Shown here: piece by piece, positions 36,171 through 46,098 of the stretch
Layout: each line of letters starts with the position of its first letter
Numbering within the stretch: position 1 is the first letter of the stretch
DNA from: Alphaproteobacteria bacterium
GTDB taxonomy: Bacteria; Pseudomonadota; Alphaproteobacteria; UBA9219; RFNS01
Length of the DNA: 55,102 bases
Assembly (NCBI GenBank): GCA_009927055.1
Contig: RFNS01000061.1
Location: 1-55,102 of the forward strand
Direction: 5' to 3'
Program-made: the position numbers and the translations under genes
The notes under the pieces: model-generated
What the model saw: only the letters and a program-made list of their open reading frames with translations
Told to the model about the DNA's origin: nothing
The model's database searches: none

Positions 36171-38713
36171 TACAGGTTCCTCTTGGCACGCTGGATGCCG
36201 CGCGCGGCTTCAGCCGTGATTTGCGACTGGCTCATGCGGAAGCTGCTGGCATCCGGCGTGGTGATGTTCATGACGACGTTGACGGGCGATCCCATGCGGG
36301 TGCCGTCCTTTGGCAGCACGACTTCACCGCGCTCCAAAATGGCCGGAATTTCCCCAGGTTTTAGGCCCGCAACACCGCCTGTGTGATAGCGCGGTGCGTT
36401 GGCGAATGCATACGCAGGCATACGGCGCTGCGGCGCGGATCCGCCGACTTCACCACCTTCGTGGAAAATGCTGCTGAAAATACTGTCCAGGAAACCGCCG
36501 CCGCCCATGCTGCTGCCCAGCATGTTGAAGAGCGGCCCTGTGATCGACTTTTGCACGGCCATGCGGGTGATATCGGCCACGATAGAATTGGCCATGTCGC
36601 CAAGGCTCTTTAGGCTTTTGCCACCGGAGGTGACGAAATCCACAATCGCGTCCTCGGTCGCCTTCATGCCTTCGGTGAAGGCTTTTTCGACCGCCGACGC
36701 TGCATCCTCGGCTTGTTCACGGTAATTGCGGAAGGCCCGCAATGCCCCAGCTTCGGCATCCTTGCGCGCGTCGAGCTGCTGCTTTTCAGCATTGGCAACC
36801 GCGCGGTTGTAAGTTTCCTGGCTGATCGCGCCAGCATCGAGCATGTTTTTAAGACGCTCTAATTCTGCCGCATAGGCTTCCGTCGCCGTGCGCGTGGCAT
36901 TGGTGACTTGTTCGCCTTCCTGCTTTAGCTTGTTCAGCTTTTGCTGGGCTTCGCCCTGGTCGTAAAGGGCAGCGGCCAGTTTCTCAACTTCGGCGCGCTG
37001 TGCCGACGTTGCGTTATCCGACAAGCGGCCAACGGCGTCTTGAATGAACGCCGCGCGTTTATCGGTCAGGCGCTCAAGCTGTTTATTCAGATCCTCGACG
37101 ACTTTTTGCGCTTCGGAATAAGCCTGACTGTCGAAAAGCTGCGCCGCAAGTTTGCGCGTTTGTTCACGCTGCGCATCGCCTGCATCTTTGGAAAGACGGC
37201 CCACGGCCTGGTCGATAAAGGCTTGGCGCTTGTCGGAAAGGCCCAGCATTTGACGCTGGAGGTCTTCCACGACTTTGGTATTGGCCTCCATAACGCGGGT
37301 GGCTGCATCGCGCGCTGGCTTTTCAATCGCGTCGACCTGACGGCGAGAGATTTCTTCGGCCTGTTTCAGCGCTGCATCCACCGCACCAGCATTGCTGCCA
37401 TCTTTCTCGCGCAACGCTTCAAGGCGCTGCTTGGTGGTTTCCAGCTCCTTGTTGACCTTGGCGATACGGTCGGCAGGATCGGTTGCCAATTTATCGACGG
37501 CATCGTCCAGCTTTTTGCGCTGTTCGCTCAAGAGATCGGCGCGGCGATCACGCGCAGCTTGTTCCTGGGCGGCCTGCAGCTTTTGCTGTTCGGCTTCGTA
37601 TTCTTGCGCTTCCCGGCGTGCCTGCGCCAAAAGGCCGTTCATTTCTTCGCGCAGCTTGGCCACACGGCTTTCCTGACGCTCCACCATCGGACTCATGTCC
37701 GTAAACGGGAGGATAGGCTTATAATTCTGCAGCCGTTTTAGGCGTTCTTCCTGTTCGGCTAAATTCTGCTTGGCATCCATCAGCTGCTTGCCGATGGGGT
37801 CGTCCTTCATCAAATTGCGCAGACCTTCGACGACATACGACAGGCCGCTCAATGCGCCTTCGGCGGTACCCGCGACCACGCGCGTTTGCCCGATATCCTC
37901 CATCAGGTTGCTCCAGGCATCCGACAAGCGATTGGTGGCGCCCGTCAAACCTGTAGCTTCGCCTGCACCAGCGCCACCGACCTTGGATTCCAGGGCATCC
38001 AAGATGACTTTCTGAGCTTCGGCCTGCTTGCCCGTGTCGACCAGCGATTGGATCAAATCCTTCTGGCTGTCGGTGAACAAGATTCCGATCCGGCGCAGCG
38101 CCGTCAAACCCTCGGCGGGATTTTCCAGAGCCTTGCCAAGCTGGGTAACGCTGCCGCGCAAATCCGTGCCGAACACGGCAGACATATCCTGCGCCAGCGT
38201 CATTGCGCGGGTGAAGGTTTCGCCCGTGACGGAGCGGAACGTGGCCATAACACCCGCCGCATCCTGCACCTGTTCGGCGGTGGCCAAGGTGGAGGCTTCG
38301 ATTTCGTCGGCAAAGGACGCGATCTGTTTGCCGGACAGGCCTGTCGTGTTGCCCGTGGCGCGCAAAACGGCCTGCAGGCGGTTGAAGGACTGCTCCGCCT
38401 CGGCGGCGTTTTCCAAGGCAGATTTCAGGCCCAGCGTGACGATGGCCAAAGCCGCGCCAACGGCAAGGCCGACAGGGCCGATGGCTCCCAGCGCCGATCC
38501 CAGCGGGCCAAGATTGCCCGTCAGGCCGACAACCGAGCCTTTCACATCATTGGCGGCCGCATTGAGAGCCAGCAACGACTTTGATGCGGGTTGTCCGGCC
38601 AGCTCGATTTTCTTGAGCGACTTTTCGCCCGTTTCACCGACTTCCCGTAATTCAGCCTTGACCTTGCCGCCGTCGAGGACAGTCAGGCGAATGGCAAGAT
38701 TGCGTTCGGTCAT
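36170..38713 (-). CDS. Tail tape measure protein
   Basis: 847 aa, Ala/Gln-rich helical; C-terminal FHEGG..PRYHTGG..PAILERGEVV; internal 57-aa duplication. Confidence 0.9.
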   Translation of the reverse strand: MTERNLAIRLTVLDGGKVKAELREVGETGEKSLKKIELAGQPASKSLLALNAAANDVKGSVVGLTGNLGPLGSALGAIGPVGLAVGAALAIVTLGLKSALENAAEAEQSFNRLQAVLRATGNTTGLSGKQIASFADEIEASTLATAEQVQDAAGVMATFRSVTGETFTRAMTLAQDMSAVFGTDLRGSVTQLGKALENPAEGLTALRRIGILFTDSQKDLIQSLVDTGKQAEAQKVILDALESKVGGAGAGEATGLTGATNRLSDAWSNLMEDIGQTRVVAGTAEGALSGLSYVVEGLRNLMKDDPIGKQLMDAKQNLAEQEERLKRLQNYKPILPFTDMSPMVERQESRVAKLREEMNGLLAQARREAQEYEAEQQKLQAAQEQAARDRRADLLSEQRKKLDDAVDKLATDPADRIAKVNKELETTKQRLEALREKDGSNAGAVDAALKQAEEISRRQVDAIEKPARDAATRVMEANTKVVEDLQRQMLGLSDKRQAFIDQAVGRLSKDAGDAQREQTRKLAAQLFDSQAYSEAQKVVEDLNKQLERLTDKRAAFIQDAVGRLSDNATSAQRAEVEKLAAALYDQGEAQQKLNKLKQEGEQVTNATRTATEAYAAELERLKNMLDAGAISQETYNRAVANAEKQQLDARKDAEAGALRAFRNYREQAEDAASAVEKAFTEGMKATEDAIVDFVTSGGKSLKSLGDMANSIVADITRMAVQKSITGPLFNMLGSSMGGGGFLDSIFSSIFHEGGEVGGSAPQRRMPAYAFANAPRYHTGGVAGLKPGEIPAILERGEVVLPKDGTRMGSPVNVVMNITTPDASSFRMSQSQITAEAARGIQRAKRNL

Positions 38714-38936
38714 CGGTTTTTCATCTCGCTACTGAGTTTTTCGTTGAATGCACTGGTCATCCCAGCTTCCACGGCGGGGAGGAATTCCGCCGTGGCGTTC
38801 GCGTCATGGCCGAGCGATGCCGCAACGTGCAGCGCCGCCGAAAAATCCATGCCGATGGCGACCATTTGGCTCAGGCGCAATTGCCCGCCGCAACGGAGCG
38901 CTAAATCCCAGGCTTGCCACGCCTCCAATGACAGCG
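38710..38936 (-). pseudogene. 3' remnant of the tail assembly chaperone
   Basis: LSLEAWQAWDLALRCGGQLRL..GMDFSAAL..EFLPAVEAG; stop overlaps tape-measure ATG; no start of its own. Confidence 0.7.
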
Positions 38937-39298
38937 TCTTTGTCGGCATTGCCTTTGCCTGTGATGAAGCGTTTGATAGTGCCGACCGGAACGCCTTCGT
39001 AGGGGATGGTGTGGTGTTCGCACCAGGCCGTGAGGTGGGCGAGAAACCCGCCATAGGCGTGCGCGGCATCAACGCCAACGTGACGGCGCACTTCTTCGAA
39101 ATACACGGCGTCGATCTGGCCGGAGACGTTCTTCGTTTCCGTAAGCCAGCGTTTGAAACGCAGGTAACGCATACCGCCACCTTCGAAGCGGCGGGGTTTG
39201 AAATGCGCCGTTCCGCTGGCAATCGATCCGTATTCGTTGAGCAATGCCCATCCGGTCGATGTTCCGAGGTCAAGGCAAAGCAAGGTTGGGTTGGTCAT
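38804..39298 (-). pseudogene. Phage RuvC-like resolvase, C-terminally truncated and fused
   Basis: LCLDLGTSTGWA, YFEEVRRH, VGTIKRFITGKGNADK; the terminal acidic catalytic helix is absent. Confidence 0.8.
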
Positions 39299-39324
39299 GG
39301 GCGTCCTCCGATTTGGGGTGAAAA

Positions 39325-39582
39325 AATCTGTGCCGGAGAACACGCATCCACATGCGGGGCAAAAAACCCTTGGGGTTTTGCCCACATGTAATGTGGGGAG
39401 TTTCTCCAGAATCTGGGGCAAGACGAAAAGCATTGAAATGCAAAGGTTTTCGTCAGATTTCTAGATTGACGGCCAGATTGCGCGGAAATCTGGACATGCA
39501 CCGGAAACCCTTGTGCGAAAAGGACTTCAGAGCGATTGCAGATTGCGGCAGATTTCAGATTTCTGTGAATCTGGGCCAGATT
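39325..39582. repeat. Putative replication origin with hexamer iterons
   Basis: Ten exact CAGATT/AATCTG copies in 258 bp in both orientations, plus hairpins, just downstream of the primase-helicase. Confidence 0.65.
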
Positions 39583-39593
39583 GACGAGCGTGA

Positions 39594-41741
39594 TCATGGC
39601 GCGTCCTCCTCTGGGTAGACCCAGACGGAAGGGTTTTCGACGGGCAAAATCGCGCCGTTTCCAGGCTGTTTGAAATGCGTCGGCAAGAGCGACTTCATGC
39701 CCGCGATGATCTCGCCAGTCTCCGTGTCCACGCTCTCTTCGCCCGTCGGCACTTCCATGCCTTCGACGCACATCACGCCATATTTGCTTTTGGCGGCGTT
39801 GTCCTTATTGAATTTGACGTAGCCCTTGGTCGAGAGAACATCGATGCGGTCGCGGATGGAGTGGTTACCGCCGAGGCCAGCTTTGTTCTCGAACGCCTGA
39901 CAGAATTGACTTGGGGTATAAAGCGTACCCTTGCGGCCTTCGTCGAACAGCAATTGCAAGATGACGTCATGACGGCGGCGACGCTCATTGTCGAGCCGTT
40001 CACCGTAATCCTTGTTCACCAACCTGGAAGAGTGATGCTCAAGCTCACGCCAACGCCCGTCGATTTTATCGACCCATTTAGGCGGGATGCCTTCGCCGTT
40101 GCGCAGCTCAAACATGAGCTGGCGGATGCTTTGTTGTTCATCCGGCCTGAAAAGGATCATGCCCGTCGAATAGAAGCTGCGCAGGCTTCCGGCTCCACTC
40201 AATCCTTGGAACGGATCGTCCTCCAGCATCTTTTTGCTGATCTTCTTGGTGTGATGGGCAAGAATGACGCCTACATCGGAGTTAACAAGAAAACGCAGCT
40301 TCTCAACGCGATCCTGCAAAAAAGACAGCATGGCGGTGTTATCGTTTTCGCCGCCACTTTGTCCGCCGTCATAGACGTTGCGGAGCGGATCGATGGCGAT
40401 GATGTCGAGCAGCTTCGGATCGCAATGGCGCAGGATGGCATCCCGCACCATCTCGACACCTTTTTCATCGAGCAGCATCCGCACTTGCGGCGTGATGATA
40501 AGATTTTGACGCACGAGCGGCATGAAGTTTTGATCAAATTTCATTTGCCGCAGGCGTTCGCGCAGATAGTGATAACCAATCTCCGCCTGCAGAAAGAAAA
40601 CTTTGAGCGGCTTTGCGGGTTTCATGCCGAGGAACGGCAATCCCGCCGCCATATGCGCCAGCAGCACCAACAAAAAATCCGTTTTGCCGACCTTCGGCGC
40701 GCCGCCCAGCACGAGAAGACCGCCAGGTGTCAGGACACGCGGGGCGATGATGTCGTCTGGCATGGGACTGTCATCGTCAAGCAAATGCCCGACGCTGAAG
40801 GCTGGAAGCGCAGATGCAGGCGGGATCGTCATGCGCTTTGCTGAGGCCAGAAACACCGGAATATCCATGCCTTCGGTCACCGCATCGGCCACGTCCCAGC
40901 TTGAAGGCTTGTCTTCGGGAGGGATGAGAATGGTCAGCGAAGCGATGCCCAGTACACGCAGTTTACCCGCGACAGCATCAGCATAATGTTTTCCGGCTTC
41001 GTCATTATCCGGCCAGATCAACACATGCTTGCTGTAAAGAGGTGACCAGTCCGTCTTATCCACGGGCGCGTTGGCTCCGTTCATGGCGGTGGTGGCGCAA
41101 ATGCCGATGCCGATAAGAGCATCCGCGCACTTTTCGCCTTCGACCAGAACAACGCTGTTCGATCGGAAAATACCTTGTTGGTTATAAAGCGGCCTTGGAT
41201 CGGGCGCGCGGCGTTTGCGTGCCTTTACATCCCAGGGGCGGAACTCCTTGCCAGACGGCGTGTCATAGCGATAGACGCAGGCGATAAGGTCGCCCTGCGC
41301 GTCGAGATAGTCCCATTTGGCGGTATGCGGCCCCAGATCCTCGTTTTCATTTTCCGTTTTGCCCTTTGGTACGGGACGAATATCGGTACCGAGCCATGCA
41401 TGAACAGCGCTGATAATATCCGGAAAGCGGTTGCGGTGATCTATGCCATGAACCGCGCCCCAAAGAGAAAGTATGTCGCCGCCATCGCCTGTGGCGAAGT
41501 CGTGCCACATACCGATTTTTGCGCCGGACAGCTCGACGCTCAGGCTGTCGCCCTTGCTGCCGTTAATGTCGCCAACCACGAAACGCCCGTTGCGGATCTT
41601 GCCGTTGGGCAGAAGATGGAAAAGCGTTTCCCGCAAACGTCCGTGTAGGCGCTCCTTTAGATCCTCCGTTGTCAGTCTTTCTTCTGCTTTCGGGCGGGTC
41701 TGGTCGGGCGCATCGTTGAAATCGATCCATGCACCCGTCAT
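39594..41741 (-). CDS. Primase-helicase (Toprim + AAA_25/RepA-like)
   Basis: WHDFATGDGGD, LVEGEKCAD, WPDNDEAG, GAPKVGKT, IAIDP, HHTKK; ATGA coupling at 41738-41741. Confidence 0.9.
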   Translation of the reverse strand: MTGAWIDFNDAPDQTRPKAEERLTTEDLKERLHGRLRETLFHLLPNGKIRNGRFVVGDINGSKGDSLSVELSGAKIGMWHDFATGDGGDILSLWGAVHGIDHRNRFPDIISAVHAWLGTDIRPVPKGKTENENEDLGPHTAKWDYLDAQGDLIACVYRYDTPSGKEFRPWDVKARKRRAPDPRPLYNQQGIFRSNSVVLVEGEKCADALIGIGICATTAMNGANAPVDKTDWSPLYSKHVLIWPDNDEAGKHYADAVAGKLRVLGIASLTILIPPEDKPSSWDVADAVTEGMDIPVFLASAKRMTIPPASALPAFSVGHLLDDDSPMPDDIIAPRVLTPGGLLVLGGAPKVGKTDFLLVLLAHMAAGLPFLGMKPAKPLKVFFLQAEIGYHYLRERLRQMKFDQNFMPLVRQNLIITPQVRMLLDEKGVEMVRDAILRHCDPKLLDIIAIDPLRNVYDGGQSGGENDNTAMLSFLQDRVEKLRFLVNSDVGVILAHHTKKISKKMLEDDPFQGLSGAGSLRSFYSTGMILFRPDEQQSIRQLMFELRNGEGIPPKWVDKIDGRWRELEHHSSRLVNKDYGERLDNERRRRHDVILQLLFDEGRKGTLYTPSQFCQAFENKAGLGGNHSIRDRIDVLSTKGYVKFNKDNAAKSKYGVMCVEGMEVPTGEESVDTETGEIIAGMKSLLPTHFKQPGNGAILPVENPSVWVYPEEDAP

Positions 41742-42490
41742 GCCGCCACCTTCCAGCATCGCTGACGGTACGGACAGAACGCGCACTCAAAGTGATCTTC
41801 ATTCATGGCAATGCGCGGCAACACTTCGCCTGCATCAGTCGCACGGATCAGATTGACGGCACGGTCGCTGGCTTCTTGCGCCAATGCTGCATCAAACGGC
41901 ACTAACTCATGATAGATTTCTGCCGTGTCCTTATTGACGGCGGTGAACAGCGCGGGATTTGCGGAAATACCAGGCACGCTGCCTTCCATGTAAGCCTGAT
42001 AAGTGGCGACCTGAACAGCGTAAATCGGCTTTGATTTCTTCAATCCATGCTTAACGGTATCCCGCCATGACTTGGCGTTCATCGACTTACATTCCCAGAT
42101 AGCAGGAAATTTCATGCCGAGATCGGCGGGTGCGTCATTGATGATGCCGTCGACATGTCCACGGATCCTGCCACCCGCCACAGAAAAACCAAAAGCGTCG
42201 CCGTTTGGTTTTTTCGTGAACACGCTGAATCCCGCTTGACGCAACCACGCCAGCGCAAGGGCTTCGAACGCATGGCCGATCTTGAAGATGCGAAGGATCT
42301 GACCTTTAAAATCCTCGTCCCTGGGCGTTTTCGTATATTCGTATTGCAATGCACGGGCGCAGGACACGCCGAGGCGAGATGCGCCAAGGTAATCGCGCTC
42401 CGGCTGTGCGGCGCGTTCCTGCTGGATTGCCACGTCGATCAGCGCATTGATCGTGTAGGCGATGCTGGGGCGATGATTGAAATCGAGCAT
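41738..42490 (-). CDS. PD-(D/E)XK (Cas4-like) exonuclease
   Basis: YLGASRLG..C, GHVDG, WECKS, QVATY, CAFCPYRQRC. Confidence 0.85.
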   Translation of the reverse strand: MLDFNHRPSIAYTINALIDVAIQQERAAQPERDYLGASRLGVSCARALQYEYTKTPRDEDFKGQILRIFKIGHAFEALALAWLRQAGFSVFTKKPNGDAFGFSVAGGRIRGHVDGIINDAPADLGMKFPAIWECKSMNAKSWRDTVKHGLKKSKPIYAVQVATYQAYMEGSVPGISANPALFTAVNKDTAEIYHELVPFDAALAQEASDRAVNLIRATDAGEVLPRIAMNEDHFECAFCPYRQRCWKVAA

Positions 42491-42700
42491 TTAAAATGGG
42501 ATCCCTGTGTCTTCTTGGCGGGGTTGGCTTTGAATGAGGAACATCTGGTAATTGCCGACGACAACTTCGATCAGTGTGAGAACTTCGGCGCGGGTATATT
42601 CTGCCAGGGGTTTTTGAACCCCGATCTCAGCTACGATTTCGCCGAGCGGCTGAAGCGTGCGTTCCATGCATTGCTTTTCAATGTCGGTTAGATCGATCAT
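42491..42700 (-). CDS. Small phage protein (DUF6511-like)
   Basis: MIDLTDIEK..LIEVVV..Y..IPF; coupled to the helicase. Confidence 0.65.
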   Translation of the reverse strand: MIDLTDIEKQCMERTLQPLGEIVAEIGVQKPLAEYTRAEVLTLIEVVVGNYQMFLIQSQPRQEDTGIPF

Positions 42701-44358
42701 GTCGCGCTCCTCGCTGATTGAATGGCGCGCTGGATGCCGTCGCGGTTGAAATGCATCGTCATCAAAGCTGATGCCTTGTAGCGGGTCAGGCTGAAGTCAT
42801 TGCGATGGCTCGGCAGATATTGAAGCTGCTTCGGCGTCGCGGGCTGGTGAAGCCACGAGCGCGTCTTGTGCGCGGTTTCGTCGCTTTCATGCAGATTGAG
42901 CCAGTCATCGGCAGCGGCGAAACAGACGATGCGTTCACCAACGGCCAGCAGTTTGGGGGATTGGTTCTTGATGCCGCCCACGGCGTGCCATTCGCCATCC
43001 TTGAAGAAAACGCCGCCCCAAGCATTAAACCCCGTGGCCAGGAAATACCGATCGTTCTGCTGCAGATCGACCCAAAGAAAGCTCGATCGTTTCAGCAGAT
43101 CGATCTCGGCCATAATGAAACCGTTTTCAGCCAGCTCGCGTTCGGCTGCCTGCGCTTTCCATTCATAACCACAAAGCGGGCATTCCTTGACGGCGGCGGG
43201 AACTTCCGCACCGCAATCAGGACATTCCTTCGTCGGCGCATCACCTTCACCCATCTGGTCATCGAGATTGACGTCTTGTTCAAGCGAGCCGTGAAGCAGC
43301 GTGGACGTGCCAAAATCAAGAACGATGCAGTCTTTTTTGATGATGTCGGGATGCTCAGTCGGATCGACGGTTCGCAGGCCGCGACCGATCATCTGGATCA
43401 TCGTAGATTTGTATGAGCTAGGGCGGAGCAACACGACGCAGGCCGTGGGCGGATGATCCCAGCCTTCAGTAAGCACCGCCACGTTGACGATGACTTGCGC
43501 TTCGCCTTCCGTGTATTCCGTAAGAACGGCATTGCGTTCGGTATCCGACATCTGGCCATGGACGAATACGGTTGGAATGTCTGCGGCATTGAAACTGCGT
43601 GCCACGTCCTCGGCATGTTCGATGGTCGAGCAAAAGACGACGGTTTTGCGGTCTCCGGCTTTCTCATGCCAATGTTTGACCACGGCATCGTTGATGGGGC
43701 GCGTGTTCATGATTGCGGACACGGCACCCATATCGAAGTCGCTGGCGGTCTTTTTGACTTGGCGCAACTCGTCCTGAACACCAACGTCCATGACAAAGGT
43801 GCGTGGCGGCACAAGGTGGCCGGAGGAGATCAATTCCTTGACGGTGATCTGATCCGACACGTTGGAAAAAACAGGACGTAGTCCTTTTTTGTCGCCGCGA
43901 TTGGGTGTGGCCGTCATGCCGAGCAGTTTTACGCCAGAGTTGGCCTGCTTGACGCGTTCGATCACGCGCATATAGCTGTCCGCGCGGGCATGGTGCGCTT
44001 CATCGATAACCAGCACATCGATCGGCGGCATTCCAGCCAGATTGTTTTCCCGCGACAGCGTCTGCACCATGGCGAAGGTGACTTCGCCTTTCCATGATTT
44101 GACCGAGGCATCAAAAACACTGGTCGAAAGATGCGGTGTGACGCGCTTGAATTTATCTTCGTTCTGAAACGTCAGCTCGTCGCGGTGCGCCAACACGCAG
44201 GCTTTGCCTGGATTGCCTTTGAACATCTCTCCGATGATGGCGGAGAGCATGATCGTCTTGCCCGCTCCGGTGGGCGCGACGGCCAGCGTGTTGCCATGCT
44301 TGTTCAACGCAGCCACGGTGCGGCTGACCAGCTCTTTTTGTCTCGGCCTTAACAGCAT
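42697..44358 (-). CDS. SF2 DEAD/DEAH helicase with zinc ribbon
   Basis: APTGAGKT, DEAHH, TATP, LTEGWD, QMIGRGLR, CPDC..CPLC. Confidence 0.92.
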   Translation of the reverse strand: MLLRPRQKELVSRTVAALNKHGNTLAVAPTGAGKTIMLSAIIGEMFKGNPGKACVLAHRDELTFQNEDKFKRVTPHLSTSVFDASVKSWKGEVTFAMVQTLSRENNLAGMPPIDVLVIDEAHHARADSYMRVIERVKQANSGVKLLGMTATPNRGDKKGLRPVFSNVSDQITVKELISSGHLVPPRTFVMDVGVQDELRQVKKTASDFDMGAVSAIMNTRPINDAVVKHWHEKAGDRKTVVFCSTIEHAEDVARSFNAADIPTVFVHGQMSDTERNAVLTEYTEGEAQVIVNVAVLTEGWDHPPTACVVLLRPSSYKSTMIQMIGRGLRTVDPTEHPDIIKKDCIVLDFGTSTLLHGSLEQDVNLDDQMGEGDAPTKECPDCGAEVPAAVKECPLCGYEWKAQAAERELAENGFIMAEIDLLKRSSFLWVDLQQNDRYFLATGFNAWGGVFFKDGEWHAVGGIKNQSPKLLAVGERIVCFAAADDWLNLHESDETAHKTRSWLHQPATPKQLQYLPSHRNDFSLTRYKASALMTMHFNRDGIQRAIQSARSAT

Positions 44359-44366
44359 GTTTCACC

Positions 44367-44939
44367 TCACCGCGCCCAGGAGGGAAGATTGGATGCAGCC
44401 GCTGCGGCAGGCTGTGCCTGCACAGGCGGTGTCGATCCGCTACCGCCGTTGCCGTAGTCTTTGTGATCTTTGGTAACGGCGACTTTGATGACGTTCCGGT
44501 CACTGCCGTCGCGTTGATCTTTTTCCACGTCGATGCGGGCGGTGAATTCAATGCCGTCAAGATCGCCGAGGCCGTTGATACGGCGTGCGGCAATAGCCTG
44601 CTGGCTATCGTCCTTGGCGGAAAATCCACGCGCAGAATTCAGGATGCCCTTGATAAAGGAACGTCCCATGTTCGCGTAGTCCGGCCCTTTGGGGCTGTGC
44701 AGCCCGATCAGGCTCCATACCTTGCGCCGCGCGAATTGGCCTTCCAAAATGACGAATTCGCAATTGAGATAAACCGCTCCGGTATTACCTTGCGTGGCGT
44801 ATCCGCCCGTCCAGCCTTCCGAAGGATCGTTGTGGCCACCTGGTTTGATGGCCATGCGCACGCGTGCGATCGTGCCTTTGGGGATGATGTCGAAAGTTTG
44901 CTGATCTTCTGCGCTGCTAAAATCTTTCCATACGGACAT
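44367..44939 (-). CDS. Putative ssDNA-binding protein (DUF669-like)
   Basis: YLNCEFVILEG, flexible tail ending PSWAR; between ATPase and helicase. Confidence 0.65.
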   Translation of the reverse strand: MSVWKDFSSAEDQQTFDIIPKGTIARVRMAIKPGGHNDPSEGWTGGYATQGNTGAVYLNCEFVILEGQFARRKVWSLIGLHSPKGPDYANMGRSFIKGILNSARGFSAKDDSQQAIAARRINGLGDLDGIEFTARIDVEKDQRDGSDRNVIKVAVTKDHKDYGNGGSGSTPPVQAQPAAAAASNLPSWAR

Positions 44940-44941
44940 GG

Positions 44942-45808
44942 TTATTCTCCTTGCGTTTGTGGTGCGTTGATTTGTTGCGGATGGACGTAGGTCAGACGTT
45001 CGGCAGCGGGTTTGGCCGCTCCGGCAATCTTGTCCATCAACCGTCCTAGGTGCGGCTCTTCCAGAAGTTCGAGCCGACCGCTGCGATCCTTGGCGGGGAA
45101 GCTGTGGGGATTGAGCGTGTGGCAGATGAAGGCGCGATACGGCGTGCCGTCTTCGGTCTTCAACTCGGCCATGGTGATGACCTGATCAACGATGCCTGGA
45201 AGTTCGAGACCTGTTTTGCTGCCCTCGATTTGCGGCTGGAAGAAACGACGATTGAAATCGTCCAGCTTTTCGTCGAGAATCCCGACAAACCAGATGTTCT
45301 TGCCGCGTGCGTGCTGGAGATGCGTCAGCCACGCGATCATCTCCTGACCGTGAAGGCCGTAAGCACCGCGCGTATCTGGTTTGCCTGTCTTGTCGCTGAA
45401 CGCCTGCGGCTGGCCTTTGCACCACTGGAAGCACAGGCGTCCGGCCACGGTGATTGAATCCACAAAAACCGTGTCGTATTTTTCAAGAGTTGCAGGGTCG
45501 CCGAAGCGTTCGCGCACCGCGTCGTAATGCGCTTGGCTGTAAGGCTGGTCTTCGCGCAGGGCGGGATTAGGGCCGCCGATGAATACTGCAAAGTCACGGC
45601 AATCCTGCCAGGTACGCGGGCGAATGGTATCGCCCGCCCAGCCTTCAATGGCCAGATCGCCAGCTTCAAGGTCAAAGAACAAAGTATTTTCGGCGGGCAG
45701 CGTCCAGAGCAGCGATGTTTTGCCGATGCCGGACTTGCCGAAAATGCAGCCCTTGATGCCACGCTTTTCGGCAAGTCGCTCGTCTGCGGAGATGATGGGA
45801 AGCGTCAT
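44942..45808 (-). CDS. AAA_24 / Sak4-like ATPase
   Basis: GKSGIGKT, VFVDSIT, AKDRSG. Confidence 0.85.
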   Translation of the reverse strand: MTLPIISADERLAEKRGIKGCIFGKSGIGKTSLLWTLPAENTLFFDLEAGDLAIEGWAGDTIRPRTWQDCRDFAVFIGGPNPALREDQPYSQAHYDAVRERFGDPATLEKYDTVFVDSITVAGRLCFQWCKGQPQAFSDKTGKPDTRGAYGLHGQEMIAWLTHLQHARGKNIWFVGILDEKLDDFNRRFFQPQIEGSKTGLELPGIVDQVITMAELKTEDGTPYRAFICHTLNPHSFPAKDRSGRLELLEEPHLGRLMDKIAGAAKPAAERLTYVHPQQINAPQTQGE

Positions 45809-46098
45809 TACACGCCTCCCTTTTTGCCTGTGATGGCATCGACGATGTTATCGCTGCCAACTGCGCCCTTGGAACGCGCCTCACGGTAAAGACGGCGCAG
45901 CGCGTACAGGGTCGAGTTTAAAGCGTCGGCTTTTTGATCGATAGCCTGCGCCGCGAAAGCGATGTCATCGAGCGTCGCTTGTTCGATCGGCTTGGTAACG
46001 TCCGTCAGGTTTTCGCCGAGTGGCGGGATATGGATGCTCTCCGGCACGTTGTTTGCCAGATAGGTGTCCTTCAAAAGTTTTTCGATTTTCTTGCTCAT
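45808..46098 (-). CDS. Hypothetical phage protein
   Basis: Coupled to both neighbours; AGGAGG RBS. Confidence 0.65.
   Translation of the reverse strand: MSKKIEKLLKDTYLANNVPESIHIPPLGENLTDVTKPIEQATLDDIAFAAQAIDQKADALNSTLYALRRLYREARSKGAVGSDNIVDAITGKKGGV

Noticed and set aside
28930-38713. Gene transfer agent cluster or F-type tailocin
   Set aside because: Linked to integrase, replication and repressor genes, with no head genes (GTA) and no tail tube (tailocin).
38710-39273. 187-aa ORF as an intact gene
   Set aside because: Its N-terminal part is an off-frame reading of the RuvC-like gene; only the last ~75 codons look real.
39675-40844. Long antisense ORFs (also 10517-11386, 36941-37741, 17425-18135)
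   Set aside because: Shadows of well-supported genes on the other strand, with no motifs of their own.
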